The translations under genes were made by a program, and so were the position numbers. This document shows, piece after piece, positions 1-8,543 of a stretch of DNA of 64,000 nucleotides. Positions within the stretch are counted from its first letter, which is position 1. Every line of letters starts with the position of its first letter. Origin of the DNA: Acidobacteriota bacterium (GTDB lineage: Bacteria > Acidobacteriota > CAIWXX01); contig JBFMAF010000010.1 in assembly GCA_040755995.1 (NCBI GenBank), forward strand, positions 96,001-160,000, read 5' to 3'. A model generated the notes under the pieces. The model saw only the letters and a program-made list of their open reading frames with translations, made no database searches and had not been told where the DNA came from.

Positions 1-250
1 GAATACGGGATCGGCGAGTGAGCCCGGCAATGCCGGCCTGGCCCCCGCGGGCCGCTGTCGCAGAGCACCGCTCGTGGCACCGGCCCGTCTCGCCTCGCCG
101 GGCAGCTTCGCGCCGGCCGTGGCAGTGCGTCCCGGCGGGTAGGAACCCCCGCGCTCCCGCCGCCTCTCCACCTCGTCGCGACCGTGGCGAATTTCCACTG
201 AGACACGGGATCGCGGAACATTAATCGGAATTAATAATCAATGTTTGACC

Positions 251-278
251 TTGATTTTTTTTAACTTGGTTCTATAAT
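251..278 (+). promoter_or_regulatory. Sigma70-type promoter upstream of structured RNA/cytochrome c gene
   Basis: TTGATT (251-256), 16 nt, TATAAT (273-278) in an AT-rich patch; palindrome TTAAT-CGGA-ATTAA at 221-234 just upstream. Confidence 0.65.
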
Positions 279-320
279 CGAAGTCTATCGAGCAGGGCAT
301 CGATGGAGATGAAACAGGAT

Positions 321-502
321 TTTGTGGGTAGGGTCCTCATACTTAATCTGCGAACCGGACCCCTTCGGGGTCCTAATTCCCCGCCCGGTGGACCGGCCCG
401 GTCCGCCGCAAACGTCCTCGTCGATCCTGGATTCCGCAGCTTCACGACAATCCCAAGGAGGGTCCAACTGCCCAACCCTCCAGCCCTACCCACAAACTTT
501 TT
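321..502 (+). ncRNA. Candidate structured ncRNA or 5' leader RNA, family not recognised
   Basis: Perfect 13-bp closing stem TTTGTGGGTAGGG (321-333)/CCCTACCCACAAA (484-496) enclosing helices 348-352/435-439, 357-373, 386-408 (with G-U pair) and 457-481; followed by CTTTTT. Confidence 0.5.
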
Positions 503-570
503 CGCATAGGCGGCGGCGTGAGAGTGCTTCGCGCCGCCGCTCGTGCACTTGCCAACAGGAGGCTGATCGC

Positions 571-1029
571 ATGAGACGACTTGCTTGGATGACGCTGGTT
601 TGTGCCGTGCTCGTTTTCTGTCTGCTGCCCGCGCGTGCTTTCGCCGAGCGCACGTTCATTGGCGCTGAGAAGTGCAAGATGTGCCACAAGCTCCAGTACG
701 AAAGCTGGGCCCAAACACCGCATGCGAAGCCGTTGGATGCCTTGAAGCCGGAGGAACGGTCGAAGGCCGAGTGCGTCGGCTGCCACACGACCAACGGCAT
801 CGAGCTGCCGAACGTGCAGTGCGAGGCTTGCCACGGGGCAGGTAGCGAGTACAAGACGCTGGCGATCATGAAGGACAAGGAGAAGGCGATCGCCGCCGGG
901 CTGACTATTCCCGACGAAGCCCTCTGCACAGGCAAGTGCCACAATAGCAAGAGCCCCAACTTCAAGAGCTTCGACTTCAAGACGATGGCTCCAAAGGTGC
1001 ACGAGCACAAGGCGCCTGCTGCGAAGTAG
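571..1029 (+). CDS. Periplasmic multiheme (tetraheme) c-type cytochrome, c554-like
   Basis: AGGAGG RBS then ATG 571; signal peptide ending ARAFA; heme motifs CKMCH, CVGCH, CEACH and atypical CTGKCH; extra His (TPHAK, KVHEH) as possible distal ligands. Confidence 0.9.
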   Translation: MRRLAWMTLVCAVLVFCLLPARAFAERTFIGAEKCKMCHKLQYESWAQTPHAKPLDALKPEERSKAECVGCHTTNGIELPNVQCEACHGAGSEYKTLAIMKDKEKAIAAGLTIPDEALCTGKCHNSKSPNFKSFDFKTMAPKVHEHKAPAAK

Positions 1030-1400
1030 TCGAAGCGCCCCCGGAGCAGACGGCCGGCCTCGCCTGGCGCCGGGGCGGTGTCAGTCACCCCTCCGGCGGC
1101 CCGCATGAGGCCCGTGGTCTGTACAGCAGGAGCGAGCCACACACACGAGGTGCCGCGACGTTTCCGGCTTCAAGCCCCGCTGAGGCTCACCGAGCCGGCG
1201 AGGCCCGACCCATGCTCCCCGGAGTATCCGAGGCGGCGTAGGGCGCGGCGCTCGTAGAGCGTGGAGCCCGCACCAATTCAGGGGCCGACTGTGCGCGGTT
1301 TCAAGACTCTGCGCATATCCGGTGGCGGGCTAGTTATCTGATCTTAACCGCGCCGCAGCTCCCCGAAATGTGCTAACATCTCCGTTCTTGATGCTCGCAG

Positions 1401-4400
1401 ATGACGAGGGAGGGTAGCGTCGTGAGGGAGTTCGTGTTCTGCTTGCTTTGGACCAGTGCCTGGCTGTCATTGGCAACGAGCGGCATGGCGATGGAGGGCC
1501 GCACATCGGAGGGCATGTCGCCAGACGGTATCTGGCAGATCGTGGAAGAGCAACGCATTCCGGCGGCCGCCGGGGCGCGTCTGATTCGTCCGTCGAAGTA
1601 CCAGGCGCTCAGACTGGAGGAGTCTTCGCTGAAGGCAATCCTTCAACGCGCGCCGATGGAGCTCACCGAGGCCGCCGAGGCCTCTCCTCTTTACCTGACC
1701 CTTCCGCTTGCCGACGGCGGCTTCGAGTGGTTCCGAGTGGTGGAATCGCCGATCATGGAGCCTCCGCTTGCGGCGCGTTTCCCCGAAATCCGGACGTACG
1801 CCGCCCAAGGTGTGGATGATGCGACTGCCACGGCACGGCTCGATTGGACACCCGCGGGCTTCCACGCGATCATCTTTTCCGCGACGGGCACCGCCTATGT
1901 GGACCCATATCGTCGCGGCGACACGTCGCATTACATCAGCTATCGCAAGCGGGACTTTGTTGCAGCAGGAAAGCAGTTCGCATGCTGGGCCGAGGGGCGG
2001 GACGAGACAGGCTGGAACTGGGAGGGAATTGACGGGCCGGCCCTGGCGCCCTCCGGCACGCAGCTCCGCACCTATCGTGCGGCGGTCGCCTGCACGGGTG
2101 AGTACGCAGCGTACCACGGTGGCACCGTGCCCGGCGCTCTGTCAGCCATCACCACGACCATGAACCGAGTTGTTGGTGTTTACGAGCGAGAGGTGGCGGT
2201 GAGGATGGTGCTGATCGCCAACGAAACCTCGATCATCTACACCAACGGCTCGACGGATCCCTACACCAACAACAACGGCTCCACGATGCTCGGACAGAAC
2301 CAGACCAACCTGGACAGCGTCATAGGCAGTGCCAACTACGACATCGGGCATGTGTTCAGCACGGGCGGCGGCGGGATCGCATATCTAGGTTGCGTCTGTC
2401 AGGCGGGCACCAAGGCCAGGGGCGTGACGGGCTCGGGTGCCCCGATCGGCGATCCATTCGACATCGACTATGTGGCCCACGAGATGGGCCACCAGTTCGA
2501 TGCCAATCACACGTTCAACGGAACGACCAGCTCGTGCGGCGGCGGCAACCGCAATGGCGGCACCGCCTACGAGCCCGGCAGCGGCTCGACGATCATGGCG
2601 TATGCAGGTATCTGCGGGACCGAGGATCTGCAGCCGCACAGCGATGACTACTTCCACACAATCAGCTTCGATGAGATCGCCGCGTACACGACCGGCGGCG
2701 GCGGGAGCGGCTGCGCCGTGACCGCGGCCACCGGCAACAATCCGCCGGCGATCAGCGCCGGCCCCGACTACACGATCCCAAAGAGTACGCCGTTTGTGCT
2801 GACTGCTTCCGGCAGCGATCCGGACGGCGATTCGCTGACATACTGCTGGGAGGAATTCGATCTCGGCGCGGCGGCGCCGCCTAACACCGACAACGGCACC
2901 CGCCCGATCTTCCGCTCCTTCAACCCCACACCCAGCCCGTCGCGCACCTTCCCGAGATTGAGCGATATCCTTTCGGGGGTCCCGACTCTTGGTGAGTCTT
3001 TGCCGGCGACGACCCGCACCATGAAGTTCCGCATCACGGCGCGTGACAACCGTTCTGGTGGCGGCGGCGTAGACTATGACCTCGCTCAGGTGGCGGTTGT
3101 GGGCACGGCCGGTCCGTTCGCGATTACGTCGCCGAACACGGCAGTGAACTGGGGCCAGGGCACATCTCAGACGGTCACCTGGAACGTCGCGGGCACAACC
3201 GGATCCGGCATCAACACCGCGAATGTGAACATACTGCTTTCTGTCGACGGCGGCTACACGTGGCCGTACACGCTCGCAGCTTCGACCGCAAACGACGGCT
3301 CGGAGAACATCAGCGTGCCGATCGTGTCGACCGCCACGGCGAGAATCAAGGTCGAGGCCGCAGGCAACATCTTCTTCGACATCAACGACGCCAACTTCGC
3401 GATATCAGTGGGCGGCTGCCCGACGATCACCCTCTCGCCGCCGAGCATGCCTGGTGGGACAGTGGGCACGTTCTACTCACAAACGGTGACAGCCGGCGGC
3501 GGCACCGCACCCTACGGCTACCAGCGCACATCAGGCACTCTGCCGAACGGACTCAACATCTCGTCCGGCGGCGTCATCTCCGGTACTCCAACGACCGCCG
3601 GCACTTTCAACTTTACGGTCACGGCAACGGATGCTGCGTTTTGCACCGGCTCGCGCGCTTACTCAATCGAGGTCACCGGCTCCTCTTGCCCGGCGATTAC
3701 GATCAATCCGCCGTCGCTGCCGGGTGGCAGCGTGGGCGCCGCCTACAGCCAGACGATAGCGGCGAGCGGCGGCACTGCTCCATACTCGTACAGCGTCCAG
3801 TCCGGCAGCCTGCCTCCGAACCTGACACTTTCGCCCGGAGGCGTCATCTCAGGCACGTCGGCCACCGCCGGCCTGTATTCGTTCACGGTCCTCGCCACCG
3901 ACTCGGCCGCTTGCACCGGCTCCCGGCCGTACACGCTCAACATCAGCGGCGGTGGATGCCAGTCGATCCTCGTCTCGCCGGAAACGATCGCAGCAGGCAC
4001 AGTCGGCACGGCCTACAGCCAGAACTTCACAGCCGCGGGCGGAGCCGCACCGTACGTTTACTCGATCGCCGCCGGCACGCCGCCGCCGGGGCTTGATCTC
4101 GACAGCGCGGGTGTCCTTTCGGGAACGCCTACAGCAGCAGGCGAGTACATTTTCACGGTGGCGGCCAGGGATACGAGCTACTGCACCGGCACTCGCGACT
4201 ACACGCTCACCATATCGTCCGGCGGGGCCTATCTCTACTATGACGACTTCGAGGATGGGAATGCCGGCGACTGGCGCGCGTCGTCCGGTACCTGGTCGGT
4301 GGTGGGCGGTGATCTGCGCGGAACGGCGAGCAGGAAGTCCGCCACGATCCTTTCGCCGTACCCGGGATCTGGCGCCTTCACGGTGGAAACTGAGATGTGG

Positions 4401-4736
4401 GTGAACACAGCTGGGGCGACGGCCGGTCTTCTGTCCTGGTACACTGATTCGAAGAACTACGTACAGCTTCTCATGTCAGATGCGAGCGACAGGTGGACAA
4501 TCGAGCAGTACTCGGGCGGGAAGCGAGTCGCCTCGAAGAGCAAGAAAGGCCGTATCGCCCCGGGGACGAGGTACAAAGTCAGCCTGATCTACGACGGCTC
4601 GAAATTCCGTCTGCTCGTGAACGGCCGTTCGAGGATCAGCATCAACGCAGCCCGTCCGGCATCAGGCACCGTCGGCTTCCGCGTGCAGGGCAATCGCGCG
4701 TCGGCGAGCTTCGAGGAGATCAAGGTCCGACGTTAG
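1401..4736 (+). CDS. Secreted reprolysin-like (M12B) zinc metalloprotease with 3 He_PIG Ig repeats and C-terminal LamG/DUF1080-like domain
   Basis: Signal peptide; zinc motif HEMGHQFDANH; Met-turn GSTIMAYAG; Ig repeats (GGTAPY...GVISGTPT); YDDFEDG-led beta-sandwich at the end. Start could be GTG 1422. Confidence 0.9.
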   Translation: MTREGSVVREFVFCLLWTSAWLSLATSGMAMEGRTSEGMSPDGIWQIVEEQRIPAAAGARLIRPSKYQALRLEESSLKAILQRAPMELTEAAEASPLYLTLPLADGGFEWFRVVESPIMEPPLAARFPEIRTYAAQGVDDATATARLDWTPAGFHAIIFSATGTAYVDPYRRGDTSHYISYRKRDFVAAGKQFACWAEGRDETGWNWEGIDGPALAPSGTQLRTYRAAVACTGEYAAYHGGTVPGALSAITTTMNRVVGVYEREVAVRMVLIANETSIIYTNGSTDPYTNNNGSTMLGQNQTNLDSVIGSANYDIGHVFSTGGGGIAYLGCVCQAGTKARGVTGSGAPIGDPFDIDYVAHEMGHQFDANHTFNGTTSSCGGGNRNGGTAYEPGSGSTIMAYAGICGTEDLQPHSDDYFHTISFDEIAAYTTGGGGSGCAVTAATGNNPPAISAGPDYTIPKSTPFVLTASGSDPDGDSLTYCWEEFDLGAAAPPNTDNGTRPIFRSFNPTPSPSRTFPRLSDILSGVPTLGESLPATTRTMKFRITARDNRSGGGGVDYDLAQVAVVGTAGPFAITSPNTAVNWGQGTSQTVTWNVAGTTGSGINTANVNILLSVDGGYTWPYTLAASTANDGSENISVPIVSTATARIKVEAAGNIFFDINDANFAISVGGCPTITLSPPSMPGGTVGTFYSQTVTAGGGTAPYGYQRTSGTLPNGLNISSGGVISGTPTTAGTFNFTVTATDAAFCTGSRAYSIEVTGSSCPAITINPPSLPGGSVGAAYSQTIAASGGTAPYSYSVQSGSLPPNLTLSPGGVISGTSATAGLYSFTVLATDSAACTGSRPYTLNISGGGCQSILVSPETIAAGTVGTAYSQNFTAAGGAAPYVYSIAAGTPPPGLDLDSAGVLSGTPTAAGEYIFTVAARDTSYCTGTRDYTLTISSGGAYLYYDDFEDGNAGDWRASSGTWSVVGGDLRGTASRKSATILSPYPGSGAFTVETEMWVNTAGATAGLLSWYTDSKNYVQLLMSDASDRWTIEQYSGGKRVASKSKKGRIAPGTRYKVSLIYDGSKFRLLVNGRSRISINAARPASGTVGFRVQGNRASASFEEIKVRR
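3417..4214 (+). repeat. Three tandem 270-bp (90-aa) He_PIG Ig-domain repeats
   Basis: Cys codons at 3417, 3687 and 3957 begin each unit; each unit ends D-x3-CTG-x-R-x-Y. Confidence 0.85.
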
Positions 4737-4857
4737 CCAGGCGGTCTGCGAACATCACTGCGACAACAGTCCGGAGATCGGGCGCCGCATCGGCCGTCGA
4801 GACTGCGACTACCTCAGGGCATATCACAGAAATCGCGGAGCTTCCGGCAGGCGGGCC

Positions 4858-5499
4858 CTACTGAGTCGCCGCACCTACATCGGCGAAGTTGAGGATGTCC
4901 ATGTACTGCCACTCGCGGAACGCAAGCGCGTAGACCTGCTTCTTGGACGCGTAGACCACCACCTCCGGCGGGAAAACGATGCTGCCCAGGATTGGCACCA
5001 CACGCTTCCCAGCATACTCAGGGTAAAAGCGCGCGAAAAGCGACGTCTTCTCCAGAAGCTCGTCGACATGCGGGGTCTTCGGACTGGTCTTGACTTCGAC
5101 CACGAAGGCCTGCGTGTCGGTAACGGCGAGTGCGTCTATCTCGTACTCCTCGCCACCCAGCCGCTTGATGGGTCTCATCCCGATCCAGTCGGGCTCTTTC
5201 TTGAAGTACTCGCGCACCGCAGGCCGAACGGCTGGGGCGACGATGTCTTCGATGATGGTTCCCAGCCTACTCGCCAACGCCCCCCACTGCCTGTTCCTCT
5301 CCTTCTGATCGTTCTCCACATTCACCTTGAATGCGCGCATCTCGGCCTTGAAGTCGCGCATCTCAGCCTTGAAATCGCGCATCTCAGCCTTGAAAGCCTC
5401 GGTGCTGGCTTTCATCTCAGCGACGGCCGAGTTTGTCTGCAGGATGAAATCATGCAGAACCTGCTCCAGCGTGTCGACTCTCTCCTTGACTGTCTGCAT
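4858..5499 (-). CDS. Coiled-coil/heptad-repeat protein with C-terminal PD-(D/E)XK nuclease-like domain (DUF3782/DUF1626-like)
   Basis: AEMRDFK heptads, LGTIIED, EIDALAV and FVVEVKT motifs; GAAGGGG RBS. Confidence 0.8.
   Translation of the reverse strand: MQTVKERVDTLEQVLHDFILQTNSAVAEMKASTEAFKAEMRDFKAEMRDFKAEMRAFKVNVENDQKERNRQWGALASRLGTIIEDIVAPAVRPAVREYFKKEPDWIGMRPIKRLGGEEYEIDALAVTDTQAFVVEVKTSPKTPHVDELLEKTSLFARFYPEYAGKRVVPILGSIVFPPEVVVYASKKQVYALAFREWQYMDILNFADVGAATQ
5325..5394. repeat. 21-bp tandem repeat, about 3.3 copies, encoding heptads
   Basis: ccttgaatgcgcgcatctcgg / ccttgaagtcgcgcatctcag / ccttgaaatcgcgcatctcag / ccttgaa. Confidence 0.9.
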
Positions 5500-5842
5500 G
5501 GCTTCCCCTTCTGACCTTTGCTCAGTATATCAGAGTCCCGGCTCGAGTTGGATTCACACGCAGTTGGCGCCGTGCCGGTTCTGCTTTGCCGCGCTGCGGC
5601 CCGAATGGGTCCCGTGCACCCTGTCCGCTGTTTCGTCAATGCGTGGGAATCTGTGGTCGCCGGGCTTTTTCCAACTGGCGCGGGCGCCGCCAGCGTTTGC
5701 TATGAAATGGCGGTATGCTCGCCAGACTAGTCGGCAACCCCTGAGACAGGAGCTTCTTCTTGCCTGGACGGCGGGCCGATGGCTCCGGTGCAGAACCCTG
5801 CGCCACTCTCACGCTTCCACGAGCGGTAACGAGTGGTAATGC

Positions 5843-5871
5843 TTGACATGATAGTACCTCGGGCATATCTT
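5843..5871 (+). promoter_or_regulatory. Sigma70-type promoter for B3/B4-Rrf2 unit
   Basis: TTGACA-N17-TATCTT; downstream palindromes at 5928-5943 and 5984-6008. Confidence 0.55.
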
Positions 5872-6040
5872 CTAGGAGTGGGCGATCAGCGATTGCAGCT
5901 TCACGGTCAGACGCGCCCATTCACCGCTACTACGTCGGTAGTATTTCCACAGTACGATCGGAGGGGCAGGTCCCCATGTCAATACGTCAAGGTCACGATG
6001 TTTGACGTTGCAGCCACCTCAGCCTGAGGTTGCGAGCCGG

Positions 6041-6691
6041 ATGTCCGTCGAGTGTACGAACGAGTTAGCTGGATGGCGGCTGCACTTCTGTCGCCTGAGG
6101 ACCGAGCCGGGATGTCATGATGGAACGATGCGCCTGGCGATCGGCGGCACCATGGCCACCTTCCACGGGCGATTCGCGCGGCAGTCGTTCGCCGATGACC
6201 GTGTCGTGATGGCAATGCGGAGGCTCCTCAGCAAAAGCGGGATCGACCCGGAGAAAACGCCGCCGGCATCCGAAACGTTGGCCCAGCGCATCCTCGATGG
6301 GGAGGAGTTCCCGCGGCGCTCGGAGCCGGACGATCTGGCTGGCCTTCTCATGCTGAAGACCCTCGTGCCGTGGTCCGTCACGGCATCCTCCAGGGTACGC
6401 CAGCCGCTTCGATTTCGACTCGGACGGGCCGGCGAGACGCTGCGTAGTGGAGAGGATGTTCGTCCCGTTCTTGGCTGGCCGGTGCTGGAGGACGCGGAGC
6501 AGATCGTGGCGAGCCCGCTGATGGAGAGCCACCTGGAACATGCCGGGGAGGCGGACGAAATCCTCCTCGCCTGCTATCAACCGGCCGAGATGGCCGACGT
6601 GGTGGCGGCCAAGGTGCATCTGGCCAGATTTGTCGTCATGACGTGGGCGTTTCGATTCCTCGAAGAGAAGACCGTCGTGGCGGGGCGGTAG
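6041..6691 (+). CDS. Divergent stand-alone B3/B4 (PheRS beta editing-like) domain protein
   Basis: GIDPEKTPPASETLAQRIL, RFRLGRAGE and WPVLED resemble the B3/4 pattern GIDPTK.RPSSEAL.RR / .RLG..GE / .PVL.D; GAGG RBS before ATG 6041. Confidence 0.6.
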   Translation: MSVECTNELAGWRLHFCRLRTEPGCHDGTMRLAIGGTMATFHGRFARQSFADDRVVMAMRRLLSKSGIDPEKTPPASETLAQRILDGEEFPRRSEPDDLAGLLMLKTLVPWSVTASSRVRQPLRFRLGRAGETLRSGEDVRPVLGWPVLEDAEQIVASPLMESHLEHAGEADEILLACYQPAEMADVVAAKVHLARFVVMTWAFRFLEEKTVVAGR

Positions 6692-6694
6692 CGA

Positions 6695-7177
6695 TTGAAT
6701 CTCTCGACTCGAGGCCGCTACGCAACACGGGCCATGCTGGAGCTGGCGCAGCACTATGACCAGGCGCCAGTCAGCAGCACCGAGATCAGCCGCAACCAGC
6801 AGATCTCCGCGCGCTACCTGCAGCAGCTCCTCGGCACTCTCAAGCGTGCGGGCCTCATCCGAGTAGCGCTCGGGCCCGGCGGCGGATTCAAACTCGCCGC
6901 CCCACCGTCCGAGATCCGGCTCAGCCAGATCCTGGACGCAGTCGAAGGACGCCTTGCTCTGGTCGAGTGCGTGAGCCACGAGAGTTACTGCCCGCGTTCG
7001 CCCGACTGTCTCGCGCGGGAGATCTGGGTCCAGGCGAGCGAGCTGCTGAACGACTACTTCCACTCGCTCACGCTCGCCGATGTGCTGAAGAGCCGGTCGA
7101 AGCCGAAGGGCAGGAGCGCCTGCGGCAAGCCGTTCCGCGCGAAACGGCTGTGCGACCTTCACCCGCGCTCGAAGTAG
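6695..7177 (+). CDS. Rrf2-family transcriptional regulator (IscR/CymR-like), three Fe-S Cys retained
   Basis: LSTRGRYATRAMLELA, YLQQLL, GPGGGFKLA, ECVSHESYCPRSPDC; TTG start. Confidence 0.93.
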   Translation: MNLSTRGRYATRAMLELAQHYDQAPVSSTEISRNQQISARYLQQLLGTLKRAGLIRVALGPGGGFKLAAPPSEIRLSQILDAVEGRLALVECVSHESYCPRSPDCLAREIWVQASELLNDYFHSLTLADVLKSRSKPKGRSACGKPFRAKRLCDLHPRSK

Positions 7178-7270
7178 CTCCGGCCGCTGCGCCATCCGCC
7201 TGACCTGATCGATGGGGGCGGGGCCGGCTGTGTGCCGCAGCGGATGGCTGCCAAGTCCTATAGTCACGAC

Positions 7271-7299
7271 TTGACAAATAAGCCCTATCGTTTTACTAT
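7271..7299 (+). promoter_or_regulatory. Sigma70-type promoter of the dsrMK-like operon
   Basis: TTGACA-N17-TACTAT in an AT-rich patch. Confidence 0.65.
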
Positions 7300-7820
7300 A
7301 CCTTTGTATTAAGGGATTCACGACCTCGCGGCGCGAGGCCGAAGATCGAAAGGTGGCAGTGGGGTGTCATCTCGGCGGCGGCATATCGAGGGGCCGGGCA
7401 GAGTGGCTGCCGTAGGGCGGCCGGTCCGGACGAAGGCTGGCGATCGTTTCCATCGGATATCGTCTTCTTATTACTCGCGATCGCTGCCGGAGATTCGTTC
7501 CGAGGCGGACCTGGAAGCGGCCCCAGTGCTCACTGTATTCGTGCCCGGCCCACTTGCGGACCGGACGAAGACTCACGGCAGCCGCGTGGCTCCGGACAGC
7601 TCCTTGAACGGGGGCCTTCCCGGAAACAGGGTTTTTCCACATCGTACCGATGTCGCGGAGGGGGTCGAGTCGCTGGGCTCGACGGCTCCTCTGGTCATAA
7701 GCAAACACATAATCGGGGCACATCCTGGGTCGGCCCGCGGGGCAATCATGACGGATCAGAATGAATCACGGCTGCGAAGTTGGCTCTACCCGCCTGGTGT
7801 TCCCCAGAAAGGAGACAGTA

Positions 7821-8528
7821 GTGAGTGCTTTGCAGTTGCTGATCGGTGTGATCCTGCCCCCCATCACCGTGGCCGTGCTGGTCGCTGGGCTCATCGCGCG
7901 GCTGAGGAAATGGTCGCGCGCTCCCGTCGGCAAGATCACGCTCTACCCTTCGGCCAAGACGGGATCGGAGGTCTGGTCTCACACGGCCAAGGAGGTCTTT
8001 CTTTTCCGTAGCCTCTGGAGCGGTGATCGGCCGCTTTGGGTCGGGGCGTGGATATTTCACGCCTCTCTGGCCCTCATCTTCGTCGGGCATTTCCGGGTGG
8101 TTACCGACTTCCCCCGTCTCTGGGCCGCATTCGGCATGGGGTCGCAGGACGTCGACGTCATGTCTGCCGCAGTTGGAGGGGCCGTGGGCGTCGTGATCCT
8201 GGCCATCGGGCTGTATCTGCTCGTACGGAGATTCACTTCACGATCGGCCCGCGACGCATCGAAGACGGAGGACTACGTCGCGCTGGTTCTGCTGCTGGCG
8301 GTGATCATCACGGGCGACGCGATGCGGTTCCTCACTCACTTCGACCTGGCGGAGGTGCGGGCATACTTCCAGGGTCTCTTCACTCTCAATCTACAGGTGC
8401 TTCCGCAGAGCAATCTCTTCTGGGTGCACTTCCTGCTGGTGCAGATACTCTTCATGTACATCCCGTTTGGGAAGCTCCTTCATCTTCCCGGTGTGTTGTT
8501 CAGCCATCCCCTGCTGCGCAGGGACTAG
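7821..8528 (+). CDS. dsrM: DsrM-like di-heme cytochrome b membrane subunit (NarI family)
   Basis: AAAGGAG RBS then GTG 7821; about 5-6 TM helices; four His (WIFH, VGHFR, WVHF, KLLH); YIPFGKLLHLPGV. Confidence 0.8.
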   Translation: MSALQLLIGVILPPITVAVLVAGLIARLRKWSRAPVGKITLYPSAKTGSEVWSHTAKEVFLFRSLWSGDRPLWVGAWIFHASLALIFVGHFRVVTDFPRLWAAFGMGSQDVDVMSAAVGGAVGVVILAIGLYLLVRRFTSRSARDASKTEDYVALVLLLAVIITGDAMRFLTHFDLAEVRAYFQGLFTLNLQVLPQSNLFWVHFLLVQILFMYIPFGKLLHLPGVLFSHPLLRRD

Positions 8529-8543
8529 TCGCGGAGGTGAAAC

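Noticed and set aside
1030..1400. Possible ncRNA between cytochrome and protease
   Set aside because: Only imperfect GC-rich hairpins; no recognisable family or convincing long stem
7364..8011. 215-aa ORF upstream of dsrM
   Set aside because: Overlaps dsrM out of frame, no recognisable motif, atypical composition
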